Below, piece after piece: positions 1 to 10,426 of a stretch of DNA of 64,000 nt. Below the pieces are notes generated by a model, which saw only the letters and a list, made by a program, of their open reading frames with translations, was not told the DNA's origin and ran no database searches. The translations under genes and the position numbers were made by a program. Location: positions 62,001 to 126,000 of the forward strand of contig JAHCIT010000004.1 of assembly GCA_026129095.1 (NCBI GenBank), read 5' to 3'. The stretch is from Deltaproteobacteria bacterium (GTDB lineage Bacteria; JAGRBM01; JAHCIT01). Numbering within the stretch: position 1 is the first letter of the stretch; the number at the start of each line of letters is the position of its first letter.

Positions 1-482
1 CGGAGATCCCCGCGGGCGGGGTGAAGGCGGGGCTGATCGGCCCGGACTCCCTGAGCCACGTCTGGGAGCGGGTGGAGAAGACCGCCGCCGAACTGGAGAT
101 CCCGATCAAACCCCCTTCCCGTTTGCCAAACACGCACCTGGCGCTGGAGGCGGCCGTGGAACTCGGCCAGACGGAGACGGGAGCGCGGTTCCGCTCGCGG
201 GTGTTCGACGCGTTCTTTCTGGAGGACCGCGACATCGGGGCGCAGCCGGTCCTGCTGGACCTGGCCGCCGGGGCGGGGGCCGACACGGCCCGCCTCCGGG
301 AAGCCCTCGACGGGCGCGTCCACTTCGATACCGTCGAGAGCAACCGGGAGGCCGGATACGACGAGCTTGTGACCGGCGTCCCCACGATTCTGGCCGGGGG
401 CCTGAGGTCGCTCGGCGTGCAGCCGCTGGATACCTACCGGGGGCTGTTCGACCACTATCTCCGCAAGGCGGCCGACGCCTGA
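1..482 (+). CDS. DsbA/FrnE-family thioredoxin-fold oxidoreductase, 5' partial
   Basis: The frame is open to the window edge. 'PNTHLALEA', 'F..FF.E.RDIG...VL..LA' and the cis-Pro motif 'VTGVPT' are typical of DSBA/FrnE proteins. Confidence 0.75.
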   Translation, partial: EIPAGGVKAGLIGPDSLSHVWERVEKTAAELEIPIKPPSRLPNTHLALEAAVELGQTETGARFRSRVFDAFFLEDRDIGAQPVLLDLAAGAGADTARLREALDGRVHFDTVESNREAGYDELVTGVPTILAGGLRSLGVQPLDTYRGLFDHYLRKAADA

Positions 483-508
483 ATGGATACTCCAGGGAGC
501 CCACTTCA

Positions 509-1945
509 TTGATATTCTACGTACTCGACACCAACGTCCTGCTGTTCGACCCGCAAGCGATCGCCAAGTTCGGCTCCGAATACGTCGTCGTGCCGATCAC
601 GGTGCTGGAGGAGCTGGACACCTTCAAGCGCGACCAGACGGAACTGGGGCGGAACGCCCGCATGGTGATGCGCTACCTGGACGCGCTCCGCTCCAAGGGG
701 CTCATCAGCCACGGCGTCGAGCTCGAAGGGGGCGGGAAGCTGATCGTCGCCGTGGGGTTCGAGACGGATCTCCGCCTTCTCCCCGACGATCTCGACAGCC
801 ACAAGGCCGACAACCGGATCCTTTCGGTCGCCCTCGCCATCCAGCAGGGAAACCTCTTTTCGCAGTTCACCGCCGACGGCCCCTCCATCCTGAGGACGAG
901 CCGCCCGGATGTCTGCGTCGTCTCCCGCGATGTGAACCTCCGCATCAAGGCCGACGCCCTGGGCCTGAAGGCGAACGACTACCAGGTGGGCCCCACCCGG
1001 AACCTCGACGACCTCTACCGGCGCCTGAGGGAAATCCACGTGGAGCCGGAGACCATAGACCGGCTCTACCGCGAGGGGCAGATCCGCTACGAGCCGGAGG
1101 AAGGCGAGCCGCCGCTCGCCGTGAACGAGTGCGTCGCCCTCATTGACCGCTACGTGCCGAGCCACACGGCGCTGGCCCGCCAGCGGGAGAACGGCACCAG
1201 CGGGCTTTTCCTCGTCAAGCCGCCCAAGGAGTCGGTCTGGGGCGTGCGGCCCAGGAACCGCGAGCAGGTGTTCGCCATGGACCTGCTGCTCGACGACCGG
1301 GTATCGCTCGTCTCGCTCGTGGGGAAGGCCGGCACCGGCAAGACGCTGCTCGCCATCGCCTGCGCGCTCATGCGGACGGCCGACGACCACCGCTACCAGA
1401 AGCTCCTCGTCTCAAGGCCGATCTTCCCGCTGGGGCGCGACCTTGGCTACCTCCCCGGCGACGTGGACGAGAAGCTCAAGCCCTGGATGCAGCCCATCTT
1501 CGACAACGTGGAGTACCTGCTCGGCTCCGAGTCCGAGGGGTCATCGGGCAACGAGAGCGGCGGGGGCCGCCGCCGGGGCGGCGACTATGCCCGCGGCGGG
1601 CACAAGCGCCGCCGCTACCAGGACCTCATTGACCTCGGCATCCTGGAAATCGAGCCGCTCACCTACATCCGCGGCCGGACGATCCCGCACCAGTTCATGA
1701 TCGTGGACGAGGCGCAGAACCTCACGCCCCACGAGATCAAGACGATCCTCACCCGCGCCGGCGAGGGGACGAAGGTGGTCCTCACCGGCGACCCGCACCA
1801 GATCGACAACCCCTATGTCGATTCGATCTCCAACGGGCTTACCTACGTGATCGAGAAGTTCCGGGGCGAGGCCGTCGCCGGGCACATGGTCCTCACCCAC
1901 GGCGAGCGGAGCGAGCTGGCCGAGAAGTCGGCGAACCTGCTGTAG
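509..1945 (+). CDS. phoH: PIN-PhoH (PhoH2/YlaK-type) ATPase/RNase
   Basis: N-terminal PIN motif 'YVLDTNVLL', Walker A 'GKAGTGKT', 'YIRGRT', 'IVDEAQN' and 'GDPHQID'. TTG start follows an AGGGAG RBS. Confidence 0.92.
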   Translation: MIFYVLDTNVLLFDPQAIAKFGSEYVVVPITVLEELDTFKRDQTELGRNARMVMRYLDALRSKGLISHGVELEGGGKLIVAVGFETDLRLLPDDLDSHKADNRILSVALAIQQGNLFSQFTADGPSILRTSRPDVCVVSRDVNLRIKADALGLKANDYQVGPTRNLDDLYRRLREIHVEPETIDRLYREGQIRYEPEEGEPPLAVNECVALIDRYVPSHTALARQRENGTSGLFLVKPPKESVWGVRPRNREQVFAMDLLLDDRVSLVSLVGKAGTGKTLLAIACALMRTADDHRYQKLLVSRPIFPLGRDLGYLPGDVDEKLKPWMQPIFDNVEYLLGSESEGSSGNESGGGRRRGGDYARGGHKRRRYQDLIDLGILEIEPLTYIRGRTIPHQFMIVDEAQNLTPHEIKTILTRAGEGTKVVLTGDPHQIDNPYVDSISNGLTYVIEKFRGEAVAGHMVLTHGERSELAEKSANLL

Positions 1946-1954
1946 GGAAGCCCC

Positions 1955-2566
1955 TCAGTCCGCAATCGCCTTGCGGAAGGCGGGGCGGCCCGTTTGCCGC
2001 TTGGCGTATTCGGCCAGTTCCGGGTGGCCGCCGAGCAGTTCCATGGATTTCGCCCAGGAGAGCATCGAGCCCATCATGAGGTCCGCCACGGTGAACCTGC
2101 CGCCGACGAGGTATTCCTTCCCGGCGACGGCCTTCCTCAGCACGTCGAGCGCGGCGCCGAGCTTCTTTTTTGCCGCCTCGATGGCGGCTGGGTCGCGCTT
2201 GTCAGCCGGGGTCATCACCTGGAGCTTGAAGAGGTCGCCCAAGGGCGGCTCCACCGTCGCCACGCCGAACAGGATCCACTGGTAGTATTCGCCCCGCTCC
2301 GGCGTGCCGGGAAGGGGCGCGAGCCCCTTGTCCGGGTATTTGTCGGCCAGATGCAGGCAGATCGCCGCCGACTCGATCAGCGTCTGGCCGCCGTCCTTCA
2401 GTGCCGGCATCACGCCCAAGGGATGCACGGCGAGATATTCGGGCTTCTTGTGGCCGCCCGTGGCGAGGTCAATGCGGACCAGCTCGTAGGGAACACCGAG
2501 TTCCTCCAGAAGCCAGCGGGGGCGCGTCGCACGGGTGCGGGGGGCGTAATAGAGCGTAATGGACAT
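1955..2566 (-). CDS. Glutathione S-transferase family protein
   Basis: 'WLLEELGVPYE', 'HPLGVMPAL', 'ESAAICLHLA', 'YLVGGRFTVAD'. Confidence 0.93.
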   Translation of the reverse strand: MSITLYYAPRTRATRPRWLLEELGVPYELVRIDLATGGHKKPEYLAVHPLGVMPALKDGGQTLIESAAICLHLADKYPDKGLAPLPGTPERGEYYQWILFGVATVEPPLGDLFKLQVMTPADKRDPAAIEAAKKKLGAALDVLRKAVAGKEYLVGGRFTVADLMMGSMLSWAKSMELLGGHPELAEYAKRQTGRPAFRKAIAD

Positions 2567-2671
2567 GATCGTTCACTCTCCCGGCCGGAAGGTGAAATAA
2601 AACTCCGGCGCGGCTCCATTCGTGACGCCGGACCCTGTGGGAAGTCAAAGGGGGGATTTACGGGCGGACCG

Positions 2672-2863
2672 CTACTTCTTCCCCTGTCCCGGCCGGTGGG
2701 ACTTGCCGTGGGGGTTGCGGCGGGTGGCCTTCTTCTGGACGGCGTGGGCGTTCATCTTCGAGGCTGTCTTGAGCTTCGTGGCGGCGGCGCGCTTGGCGTG
2801 GCTCTTTTTCGGCGCCTTGCTCTTTTCGGAACTCTTGCGGATAAAGACCGACTTGCGGCTCAT
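2672..2863 (-). CDS. Small Lys/Arg-rich basic protein (63 aa), possibly nucleic-acid binding
   Basis: ATG at 2863 with a GGGAG RBS upstream. Sequence MSRKSVFIRKSSEKSKAPKK...PGQGKK, with host-like AAG/GCC codons. Confidence 0.6.
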   Translation of the reverse strand: MSRKSVFIRKSSEKSKAPKKSHAKRAAATKLKTASKMNAHAVQKKATRRNPHGKSHRPGQGKK

Positions 2864-2965
2864 CTGGATGGTTCTCCCTTTCAGCCAGTAGCTAGCACGG
2901 CAGGGGGCCGGTTTCACTGACAACCGTCAGTTGCCGCCCCGCCCCCGGCGCGCCCAGACTCCCCC

Positions 2966-3718
2966 ATGCCCCGCTGGAAGGATTTCGCCGCGCCGCTGCT
3001 CGACTGGCTGATCCCGGCCCGCTGCGCCTTCTGCACGAAAAACCCGGCGGCGCGGGGCAGCTCGCTCTGTCTGGGCTGCCGGCAAAGGCTGGAGCCCGTA
3101 CGGGAGCCCTGGTGTCCCCTCTGCGGCGAGCCCTGGCGCTTCGCCGCCACTGTTTCCATGAGCGACGCGGCCGCCTCGCACCCCTGTCCCCGCTGCCTGA
3201 AAAGCCCGCCCCCCTTCGAGCGGGTCCGCTCGGCGTTCGTCTACCGGGAGCCGCTGAAAGGGGCGGTCTCGCGGCTCAAGTTCGGGGGCGACCTCGCCCT
3301 CCTGCGCCCGCTGGAAGAGCTGTTCGGGGAGGCGTTCGGCGAGGTGGTGGAGCCGGGCGCGGTCATCGCCAGCGTTCCGCCCGCGCCGGGAAAGCTGAAG
3401 GAGCGCGGGTTCGACCTCGCCCACCGGCTCGCCCGGCGTCTGGCGGCCGTTCACGGCAGTTCCACCATCCGCACGGACCTCCTTGCCCCAACGGGCGAGG
3501 GGACCGAGCAGGCGGGGCTCAAGTACCGCGAGCGGGAGGCGAATGCGCGCCTGCGGTTCCGGGCGGCGGGTGCCCGCCTTGAGGGAACTCCCGTGGTCTA
3601 TCTGGTGGACGATGTCTGCACGACGGCGGCGACGCTCAGGGCCTGCGCCGCCATCCTGAAATCCCAGGGGGCGGGAACGGTGCGGGGGCTCACCCTCGCC
3701 CGGACGGTGCAGGAGTAG
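2966..3718 (+). CDS. comF: ComF-family competence protein (double zinc ribbon + PRTase)
   Basis: Four CxxC pairs, 'ERGFD' and the PRPP loop 'VYLVDDVCTTAATL'. Confidence 0.9.
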   Translation: MPRWKDFAAPLLDWLIPARCAFCTKNPAARGSSLCLGCRQRLEPVREPWCPLCGEPWRFAATVSMSDAAASHPCPRCLKSPPPFERVRSAFVYREPLKGAVSRLKFGGDLALLRPLEELFGEAFGEVVEPGAVIASVPPAPGKLKERGFDLAHRLARRLAAVHGSSTIRTDLLAPTGEGTEQAGLKYREREANARLRFRAAGARLEGTPVVYLVDDVCTTAATLRACAAILKSQGAGTVRGLTLARTVQE

Positions 3719-3724
3719 CGGCGC

Positions 3725-4993
3725 CTAGCGCGACCCGACGATCTCGATCGGGAAACCGTTCTCGGCGGCGTACTGCATCACGTTCAGCGCGATGGTGCGG
3801 TCCACGCCGATCGCCTTGGCCGTCTCGTTGTTGAGCGTGACCATGAGCTTGTCGGGGCTGGCGATGGTGATGAGGCCGGGGTCGGCTCCGCCGAGTACCC
3901 GGTTGGACAGGTCGCCCACCTTGCGGCCGATGTCGAACAGGTCGGGCGAGAGCCCCACGAGCGCGCCCGCCGTGACGAACGACCGCTCGAAGACGAAGAA
4001 CGGGATCTTGCGGTCGAGGGTGAACTTGAGGATCAGCTTTATCGTGTCGCCCCGGACGACGGTGCGGTCGGGGACGAGCCACAGGGCGTCAATGCCGCCC
4101 TCGAACTTGCGGAGCGCGTTCGCCAGATCGCTCGGGTCATCCACCCGGACGGGGAGGATCTCGAACCCCTGCGAGGGGGCGATGAAGCGGGCCTGCTCGA
4201 TGAGGTCGCCGGTGTTCTTGGGATCATAGAGGACGCCGACCTTCTGTATCTTGGGTACGACGCTCTTGAAGGTGACGAGCTGCGCCTTCACCGGCACGTC
4301 CAGCGACAGGCCGGTCATGTTCTTGGTCTTGAGGTCCTCGCGCTGGGGATTGGTTACCATCGAGAAGAGCACCGGGATGTTCTTCACATGGTCGCGGCAC
4401 AGGCGCGAGGCGCCCAGGCCCACCGTGACGATGAGGTCGGGCTTGTCGGTGGCCTTCACCAGCCGGTCCACGATGGTCCGGCCCTGGTTGTCGTCCCGGT
4501 TCATGTCGTAGATCTCGATTTCCGCCTTGAGGGCCGAGCGGATTCCCTCGACCACCTTGTCGTACCGGTCGATCTTCTCGGTCACGATGACCGAGACGCG
4601 CTTGGTGGAGATGACCTGCGGCTTCTCCGGCGAGGCGAACAGGACGAACTCCTCGGCGCGGCGGTTGACGGCGGAGATGTAGTATTCGAGCCCCTCAGGA
4701 GTGACGGCCTTGGCCTCGATATCCGCCTTGTAGTTCCCGCCCTTGATCTTCTGGAGGTAGAGCTGCGAGTAGCTGCGGTTGCCGGCGCGGCGGTAGAACA
4801 CCGAGGCGTATTCGAGCTGGCTGTCGGGCTCGATCGTGACGCTGATCGTGACCGGCTTGCCCCGCTCGGCGAACTCGATGCCGCGGTGGACGATCGTGAA
4901 GGGATTCTGGGCCATCGCCGGGACGGCAAGCGCCAGCATCCAGATCCATGTGGCACAAATCACGATCCTGCTGCGGATAGTCTCTTTCCTCAC
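3725..4993 (-). CDS. Secreted ABC-type substrate-binding-like protein with an extra N-terminal beta domain
   Basis: Signal peptide ending AMA. The C-terminal half has ABC_sub_bind-like motifs ('PDLIVTVG', 'NMTGLS', 'KVGVLYDP', 'DALWLVPD', 'GALVGL'). Confidence 0.75.
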   Translation of the reverse strand: MRKETIRSRIVICATWIWMLALAVPAMAQNPFTIVHRGIEFAERGKPVTISVTIEPDSQLEYASVFYRRAGNRSYSQLYLQKIKGGNYKADIEAKAVTPEGLEYYISAVNRRAEEFVLFASPEKPQVISTKRVSVIVTEKIDRYDKVVEGIRSALKAEIEIYDMNRDDNQGRTIVDRLVKATDKPDLIVTVGLGASRLCRDHVKNIPVLFSMVTNPQREDLKTKNMTGLSLDVPVKAQLVTFKSVVPKIQKVGVLYDPKNTGDLIEQARFIAPSQGFEILPVRVDDPSDLANALRKFEGGIDALWLVPDRTVVRGDTIKLILKFTLDRKIPFFVFERSFVTAGALVGLSPDLFDIGRKVGDLSNRVLGGADPGLITIASPDKLMVTLNNETAKAIGVDRTIALNVMQYAAENGFPIEIVGSR

Positions 4994-5334
4994 TGCACCA
5001 TGTCCTTCCGTCCGGCCGCGCTTTCACACTGGCCCCGTGCCGTCTCCCGGAACATCCCAGGCGCGTTACCGCCAACGCTTCCTTCCCGGATTCCGGAGCC
5101 CGTCGCACGGGTTACAAAACTGCTACAACGGGCAGTGTGCCGGACAGGGCTGAAACAGTCAACAATATTGACCAGTTAGCACCGGCCCCCCGGCACCCCC
5201 CTGACGCGCCGCTCCCCGGCCTGTTTCCGGGCCGTCAAATCTCGCCCCGGTCGTTGATTTGCCCGGCCCGGTCGCGGTAGAAAACTGCCTGTAGGCGAGA
5301 GCTATTCCGACCCAGAAGCGGACCCCCGTTTTCC

Positions 5335-7812
5335 ATGCCCGAATCCCAGACCCCGAACACGCACAGAACCCAGCCCATCAGCATCGAGGACGAGATGCGG
5401 AACTCGTACATGGCCTATGCCATGTCGGTCATCGTCGGCCGCGCCCTGCCCGATATCCGCGACGGGATGAAGCCGGTCCACCGCCGCATCCTCTATGCGA
5501 TGCTCCGCGAGGGGCTCACCTCCGACAAGAAGCACTCCAAGTGCGCCGGCGTCGTGGGCGAGGTGCTGAAGAAATACCACCCGCACGGGGACTCGGCCGT
5601 CTATGACGCCCTGGTCCGCATGGCCCAGCCCTGGAACCTGCGCTACCCGCTGATCGACGGACAGGGGAACTTCGGCTCGGTGGACGGCGACCCGCCGGCC
5701 GCCTACCGGTACACCGAGTCCAGACTGACGCCGCTTGCCGAAGCCCTTATGGAGGATATTGACCGGGAGACGGTCGATTTCACCCCGAACTTCGACGGTG
5801 CGGTGATGGAGCCGGTCGTGCTGCCCGGCAGGATTCCGAACCTGCTTATCAACGGCTCGGACGGCATCGCCGTCGGCATGGCGACCAAGATTCCGCCGCA
5901 CAACCTGACCGAGCTGTGCAATGCCATCTGTGAACTCATTGACAACCCGCAGGCCAGCATCGACGACCTGATGAAGCATGTGAAGGGGCCGGATTTCCCC
6001 ACCGCCGGGACCATCATGGGCCGCAACGGCATCGTGGACGCCTACCACACCGGCCGCGGCAAGGTGATCGTGCGCGCCAAGGCCGAGTTCGAGGAAGTCC
6101 GCAAGGACCGCGAGGCGATCGTCGTCACGGAAATCCCCTACCAGGTGAACAAGGCCCGGCTGATCGAGAAGATCGCCGACCTGGTGCGCGACAAGCGGGT
6201 CGAGGGCATCTCCGACATCCGCGACGAATCGGACCGCAGCGGCATGCGGATCGTCATCGAGCTGAAGAAGGACGCCAACGGCGGCGTGGTGCTGAACAAC
6301 CTGTACAAGCACACGCAGCTCCAGGACAGCTACGGCATCATCATGCTCGGCATCCGCGGCGGGCGCCCCTCTACGCTCTCGCTGAAGGAGATCCTCCAGG
6401 AGTTCATCAAGCACCGGTTCGAGGTCGTCACCCGCCGCACCGCCTTCCTGTTGCGTCAGGCCCGGCGCCGGGCGCATGTCCTCGAAGGGTTCAAGATCGC
6501 CCTCGACAACCTGGACGAGGTGATCGCGCTGATCCGGGGTTCGAAGAACCCGGACGACGCCCACCAGGGCCTCATGGCGAAGTTCGGCCTGAGCGACGTG
6601 CAGGCCAAGGAAATCCTCGAACTCCGCCTCCAGCGCCTCACCGGCATGGAGCGGCAGAAGATCCTCGACGAGCTGGCCGAGGTGATGAAGCTGATCGCCG
6701 AACTGGAGGCCATCCTCGCCGACGAGAAGAAGGTTTATGCCATCATCCGCACCGAGACGGTGGAGATGCGCGACCGGTTCGGCGACGAGCGGCGCACGCA
6801 GATCGCCGCGGCCGCCGGCGACATCGACGCCGAGGACCTCATCGCCGACGAGCCGATGGTCGTGACCGTGTCCCACCAGGGCTACATCAAGCGCAGTTCC
6901 ACGTCGCTCTACCGCTCGCAGCGGCGCGGCGGGAAGGGCGTCATCGGCGCCACCACGAAGGAGGAGGATTTCGTCGAGACGGTCTTCGCCTGCTCGACCA
7001 AGAGCTACCTCCTCATCTTCACCACCCTGGGCCGCATCTACTGGCTCAAGGTCCACGACATCCCGGAGGGCTCGCGCATCGCCAAGGGCAAGGCGATCGT
7101 GAACCTGGTGCAGATACGCTCCGGCGAGGGCGAGCGCATCGCCACGGTGATGCCGCTCCGCGAGTTCACGCCGGACCAGTTCCTGCTGTTCGTCACCAAG
7201 AAGGGCACGGTGAAGAAGACCTCGCTGGAGGACTTCTCCCGCCCCAGGCCGAGCGGGATCATCGCGCTCGGCATTGACGAGGGCGACGAGCTGAAGACCG
7301 TGCTCTCCTGCACCGCCGGCGACGAGATCATGATCGGCTCGCGCAAGGGGATGGCGGTCCGGTTCCCGAACGGCAAGGTGCGCCCGATGGGCCGCGCCGC
7401 CGTGGGTGTCCGCGGCATCGACCTCGATGACGACGACGAGGTGGTGGGTGCGGCCGCCGTCCGGGAGAGTTCGACCATCCTCACCGTCATGGCCAACGGC
7501 TACGGCAAGCGCACGCCGGTCGCCGAGTACCGGATCACCAACCGGGGCGGCAAGGGTGTCATCAACGCCAACGTCACGGAGAAGACCGGCCATGTGGTGT
7601 CGGTCGAGCGCGTCGAGGACGACGACCAGCTCATGCTCATCACCACCCACGGCAAGCTGATCCGCATCAACGTGAAGGAGATCAGCGTCATCGGCCGCAA
7701 CACCCAGGGTGTCCGGCTGCTGAACGTGGATGCGGGCGAGTCTGTCAGTTCCATCACCCGCGTTGCCGGCGAGAACGAGACGGCCGGCGACGACGCGGAC
7801 GGCGGAAGCTGA
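5335..7812 (+). CDS. gyrA: DNA gyrase subunit A
   Basis: '[22 protein letters not shown]', 'YHPHGD', catalytic 'AAYRYTE', GyrA-box 'QRRGGKG' and C-terminal pinwheel repeats. Confidence 0.98.
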   Translation: MPESQTPNTHRTQPISIEDEMRNSYMAYAMSVIVGRALPDIRDGMKPVHRRILYAMLREGLTSDKKHSKCAGVVGEVLKKYHPHGDSAVYDALVRMAQPWNLRYPLIDGQGNFGSVDGDPPAAYRYTESRLTPLAEALMEDIDRETVDFTPNFDGAVMEPVVLPGRIPNLLINGSDGIAVGMATKIPPHNLTELCNAICELIDNPQASIDDLMKHVKGPDFPTAGTIMGRNGIVDAYHTGRGKVIVRAKAEFEEVRKDREAIVVTEIPYQVNKARLIEKIADLVRDKRVEGISDIRDESDRSGMRIVIELKKDANGGVVLNNLYKHTQLQDSYGIIMLGIRGGRPSTLSLKEILQEFIKHRFEVVTRRTAFLLRQARRRAHVLEGFKIALDNLDEVIALIRGSKNPDDAHQGLMAKFGLSDVQAKEILELRLQRLTGMERQKILDELAEVMKLIAELEAILADEKKVYAIIRTETVEMRDRFGDERRTQIAAAAGDIDAEDLIADEPMVVTVSHQGYIKRSSTSLYRSQRRGGKGVIGATTKEEDFVETVFACSTKSYLLIFTTLGRIYWLKVHDIPEGSRIAKGKAIVNLVQIRSGEGERIATVMPLREFTPDQFLLFVTKKGTVKKTSLEDFSRPRPSGIIALGIDEGDELKTVLSCTAGDEIMIGSRKGMAVRFPNGKVRPMGRAAVGVRGIDLDDDDEVVGAAAVRESSTILTVMANGYGKRTPVAEYRITNRGGKGVINANVTEKTGHVVSVERVEDDDQLMLITTHGKLIRINVKEISVIGRNTQGVRLLNVDAGESVSSITRVAGENETAGDDADGGS

Positions 7813-7828
7813 CCGGCACGGCGGGCGC

Positions 7829-8686
7829 ATGGTTTCCGCCAGCAGGCTCCTCACGCCGGTCTCCCTGGGCGCCGCCCTCGCCCTTCTGTCGCTCCATGCC
7901 GCCTCCTGCGACCGCATGGGGCGCGACGTGCGGCTCCGGGAGCAGGCGCAGGCCGCGCTCCGGGCGTCGAAGCCCGCCGAGGCGGCCGACCTGTTCTTCC
8001 AGGCCTACGAGGCGAGCCCCCGCGGCCCCCACGCCGCCCGCAACCTCTATGACTTCGCCCGCACCGAGGAGCTGGAACTGAACCGGCCGGAGTTCGCCGT
8101 CGAGGTGTACGTCCGGTTCACGACCTCCTTTCCGAAAGACGCCCTGGCCCCGGAGGCACTGGAGCGGGCGGCGAGACTCTATTCCGAGCGGCTCGACAAC
8201 CCGCAGAAGGCCATTGATGTCCTGGTCCGGCTGGGGAACGACTACCCGGATTTCGCCCGTGCGGGGCAGGCGCGGCTCAACGTCGCCCGCGAATACGAGA
8301 AGATCGGCAACCGCGACCAGGCGTACGCCAAGTACGAGCAGTTTCTCCGCGACTTTCCCGGTTCGCCGCTGGCCCCGCGTGCGTGGTACCTGCTCGCCGC
8401 GCTCCAGTCCATGCAGGGGAGCTACCCGGAGGCGGTCAAGAGCCTCGACACGGCCGAGGCGGCCCTCTTTTCGGATCCCGGTATCGCCGCGTCCGAGGCA
8501 CCCGACTTCCTTGACCTCGTGCGGATCGAGCGGGCCCGCGCCCTAGAAAACATGGAAATGCCGGCCGAGGCGGTGGAGAGCTACCGGAGCGTCTCGGCCC
8601 ACTACCCCGGCGCCTCCGTGATCCGCGCCCGCATCGAGGCACTGGAGACGAAGCTCGCCGAAAAGGCCGAGAAGGGAACCCGGTAG
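7829..8686 (+). CDS. TPR-repeat lipoprotein (BamD/CpoB-like)
   Basis: Hydrophobic signal ending 'AASC', followed by repeated TPR helices ('FPKDALAPEAL', 'FPGSPLAPRAWY'). Start moved to ATG 7829, after the gyrA stop. Confidence 0.75.
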   Translation: MVSASRLLTPVSLGAALALLSLHAASCDRMGRDVRLREQAQAALRASKPAEAADLFFQAYEASPRGPHAARNLYDFARTEELELNRPEFAVEVYVRFTTSFPKDALAPEALERAARLYSERLDNPQKAIDVLVRLGNDYPDFARAGQARLNVAREYEKIGNRDQAYAKYEQFLRDFPGSPLAPRAWYLLAALQSMQGSYPEAVKSLDTAEAALFSDPGIAASEAPDFLDLVRIERARALENMEMPAEAVESYRSVSAHYPGASVIRARIEALETKLAEKAEKGTR

Positions 8687-8706
8687 GGTACGGACGCCGC
8701 CGGCCG

Positions 8707-10377
8707 TCAGGGCTCCTGTGGCGGCGCCAGCGGTCCGGGCGGCCTGCGCCGCTCCCGGCGTTCCTTCCGCTCGCCCGGTTCCCTGGGCGGCGCATCGGGA
8801 TCGAGCAGCCAGACCTGGTAGGTGCGGTCCTCGAACACCTTGCGGGCGCGGTGGTCGGCCTCAAGCTGCTTCGAGAACCGGTAGAAGGCCGGGAGCTTCC
8901 AGAGCGTCACGTAGCGGGCGTCGAACTTCCCCAGGACCGAATCCACGGGCCGCCGGGTCTTGCCCAGCACGATGTCCACGTAGTGAATGAACAGTTCCCG
9001 GTCCTTCGCGTAGAAGAAGGTGGGGTCCAGCGCGACCAGCGTCGTGAGCCACGGCGCGAAATACAGCAGCGGCGCGGAGTCGGCCCACTGGGCGGTGAAT
9101 ATCTTCTGCGGCTCCTTCACCGTGGCCGCCATCCACTGCGCCATCGCGTGCGGCGGCGAGGCGGGCGGCGCCTGCTTGCGGGCGTCGTGGGCGAAGTAGC
9201 CCGTGACGGGCAGGATCACGGCGAGTGCCATCGCGGCGTGGCGCGGCAGCACCCTGAAGGGGTTTCCGGCTTCGGCCCGCGACGCGAGCCAGGTCTTCCA
9301 GGTCAGTCCGAGCGCGAGGACGCTGAACGGCGCGGCCATTTCGTAGAGCCGCCGCATGACCGTGGAGCTCACGATGCAGAAGGCGAGCGCGATCGTGGCC
9401 GCCGTGAGCACCGGGCGGGTCCGCACCTCGCGTGAAACCACGAGCCAGGCGAGGCTGGCCGCCACCACGAGGTAGACCGGCCACTGCATGACGACGATCC
9501 GCAGGCCGGGGACGTGCAGTTCGCCACCCAGGGCCACCCGGAGCGCCTGGTTCCCGGCGGCGGTCGTGTGGAACGGAACGAGCACGTTCTGGACGAAAAA
9601 CAGGTGGAAGTTCACGGGGAAGTTCGGGTGGATCACCTGCCCTGCCGTCCACCCGGCGATGACCGCCACAAGCGGCTTCCAGTCGAACCGGCGGAGCAGC
9701 GTGCGGAAAGACACCCGGCCGTTTCCGCCGTTTTCGTCCACGCCTCCGGCCAGTCCCGGCACCAGCCCCCAGAACACCCACACCCCGGCGTAGAACGCCG
9801 CGATCCAGCCGCCCGTGTGGAACAGGCTGTAGAGCATCGCTGCCACAAAGAGCGCCGCCGGGCGGACACGCGACACCAGCATCCAGATGATGAGGACCGA
9901 AAAGCCGATTCCCCACAGGTGCGGACGGCACATGGCGAGCCGGACGGCGAGCGCCGAGCCGAGTGCGGTCAGCAGCAGCATGAACGCCCACGCCTCGCGG
10001 ACCCTGAGCCTCCAGAGCGCGAAGGCCAGCGCGAAAATGATGAACGCCTGTCCCATCAGCGCGCCGAAGCGGGCCGCCTGCGTCACGGGAAGCTGGTAGA
10101 CCGCCCCCAGGATGACGTGAAACAGGAACTCCTTGTCGGCGAACTTCTCCGAGACGATGGAGTACGGCCCCCAGGGGAAACTCTGGAGCGGGCCATTCGC
10201 AAACAGCTCGCGGGTGACGGCGAGGTGGTAGTAGACGTCGAAGTCGATGGGCTCGGAGACGTGGAACTGGATCGATGCGAAATAGGCGAGCGCCGCCAGC
10301 GAGGCGGCGATGAGGGCCGGAAGTTCGTGCCATTTCCGGCCGTCTGTCGGTGCTGAACCGGTCACGCTGGCGGGCAT
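8707..10377 (-). CDS. Polytopic membrane protein, GT-C glycosyltransferase-like
   Basis: An acidic 'DFDVYYH' loop follows the first TM, then many TM segments and a soluble C-terminal domain. Confidence 0.6.
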   Translation of the reverse strand: MPASVTGSAPTDGRKWHELPALIAASLAALAYFASIQFHVSEPIDFDVYYHLAVTRELFANGPLQSFPWGPYSIVSEKFADKEFLFHVILGAVYQLPVTQAARFGALMGQAFIIFALAFALWRLRVREAWAFMLLLTALGSALAVRLAMCRPHLWGIGFSVLIIWMLVSRVRPAALFVAAMLYSLFHTGGWIAAFYAGVWVFWGLVPGLAGGVDENGGNGRVSFRTLLRRFDWKPLVAVIAGWTAGQVIHPNFPVNFHLFFVQNVLVPFHTTAAGNQALRVALGGELHVPGLRIVVMQWPVYLVVAASLAWLVVSREVRTRPVLTAATIALAFCIVSSTVMRRLYEMAAPFSVLALGLTWKTWLASRAEAGNPFRVLPRHAAMALAVILPVTGYFAHDARKQAPPASPPHAMAQWMAATVKEPQKIFTAQWADSAPLLYFAPWLTTLVALDPTFFYAKDRELFIHYVDIVLGKTRRPVDSVLGKFDARYVTLWKLPAFYRFSKQLEADHRARKVFEDRTYQVWLLDPDAPPREPGERKERRERRRPPGPLAPPQEP

Positions 10378-10426
10378 CGTAGCCGAAGCGGCGGGGAAAG
10401 CACCCCTGTGCTAGCCTTTCCCCGTC

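Noticed and set aside
2966-3718. comF (and the pst/pho operon) as parts of the GTA-like system
   Set aside because: ComF and phosphate matter for RcGTA biology, but here they are ordinary core genes several kb away, with no sequence evidence of linkage.
5302-7917. Long antisense ORFs (also 34119-35948, 56959-61137, 61262-63973)
   Set aside because: They are shadow frames of well-supported genes in GC-rich DNA and carry no family motifs.
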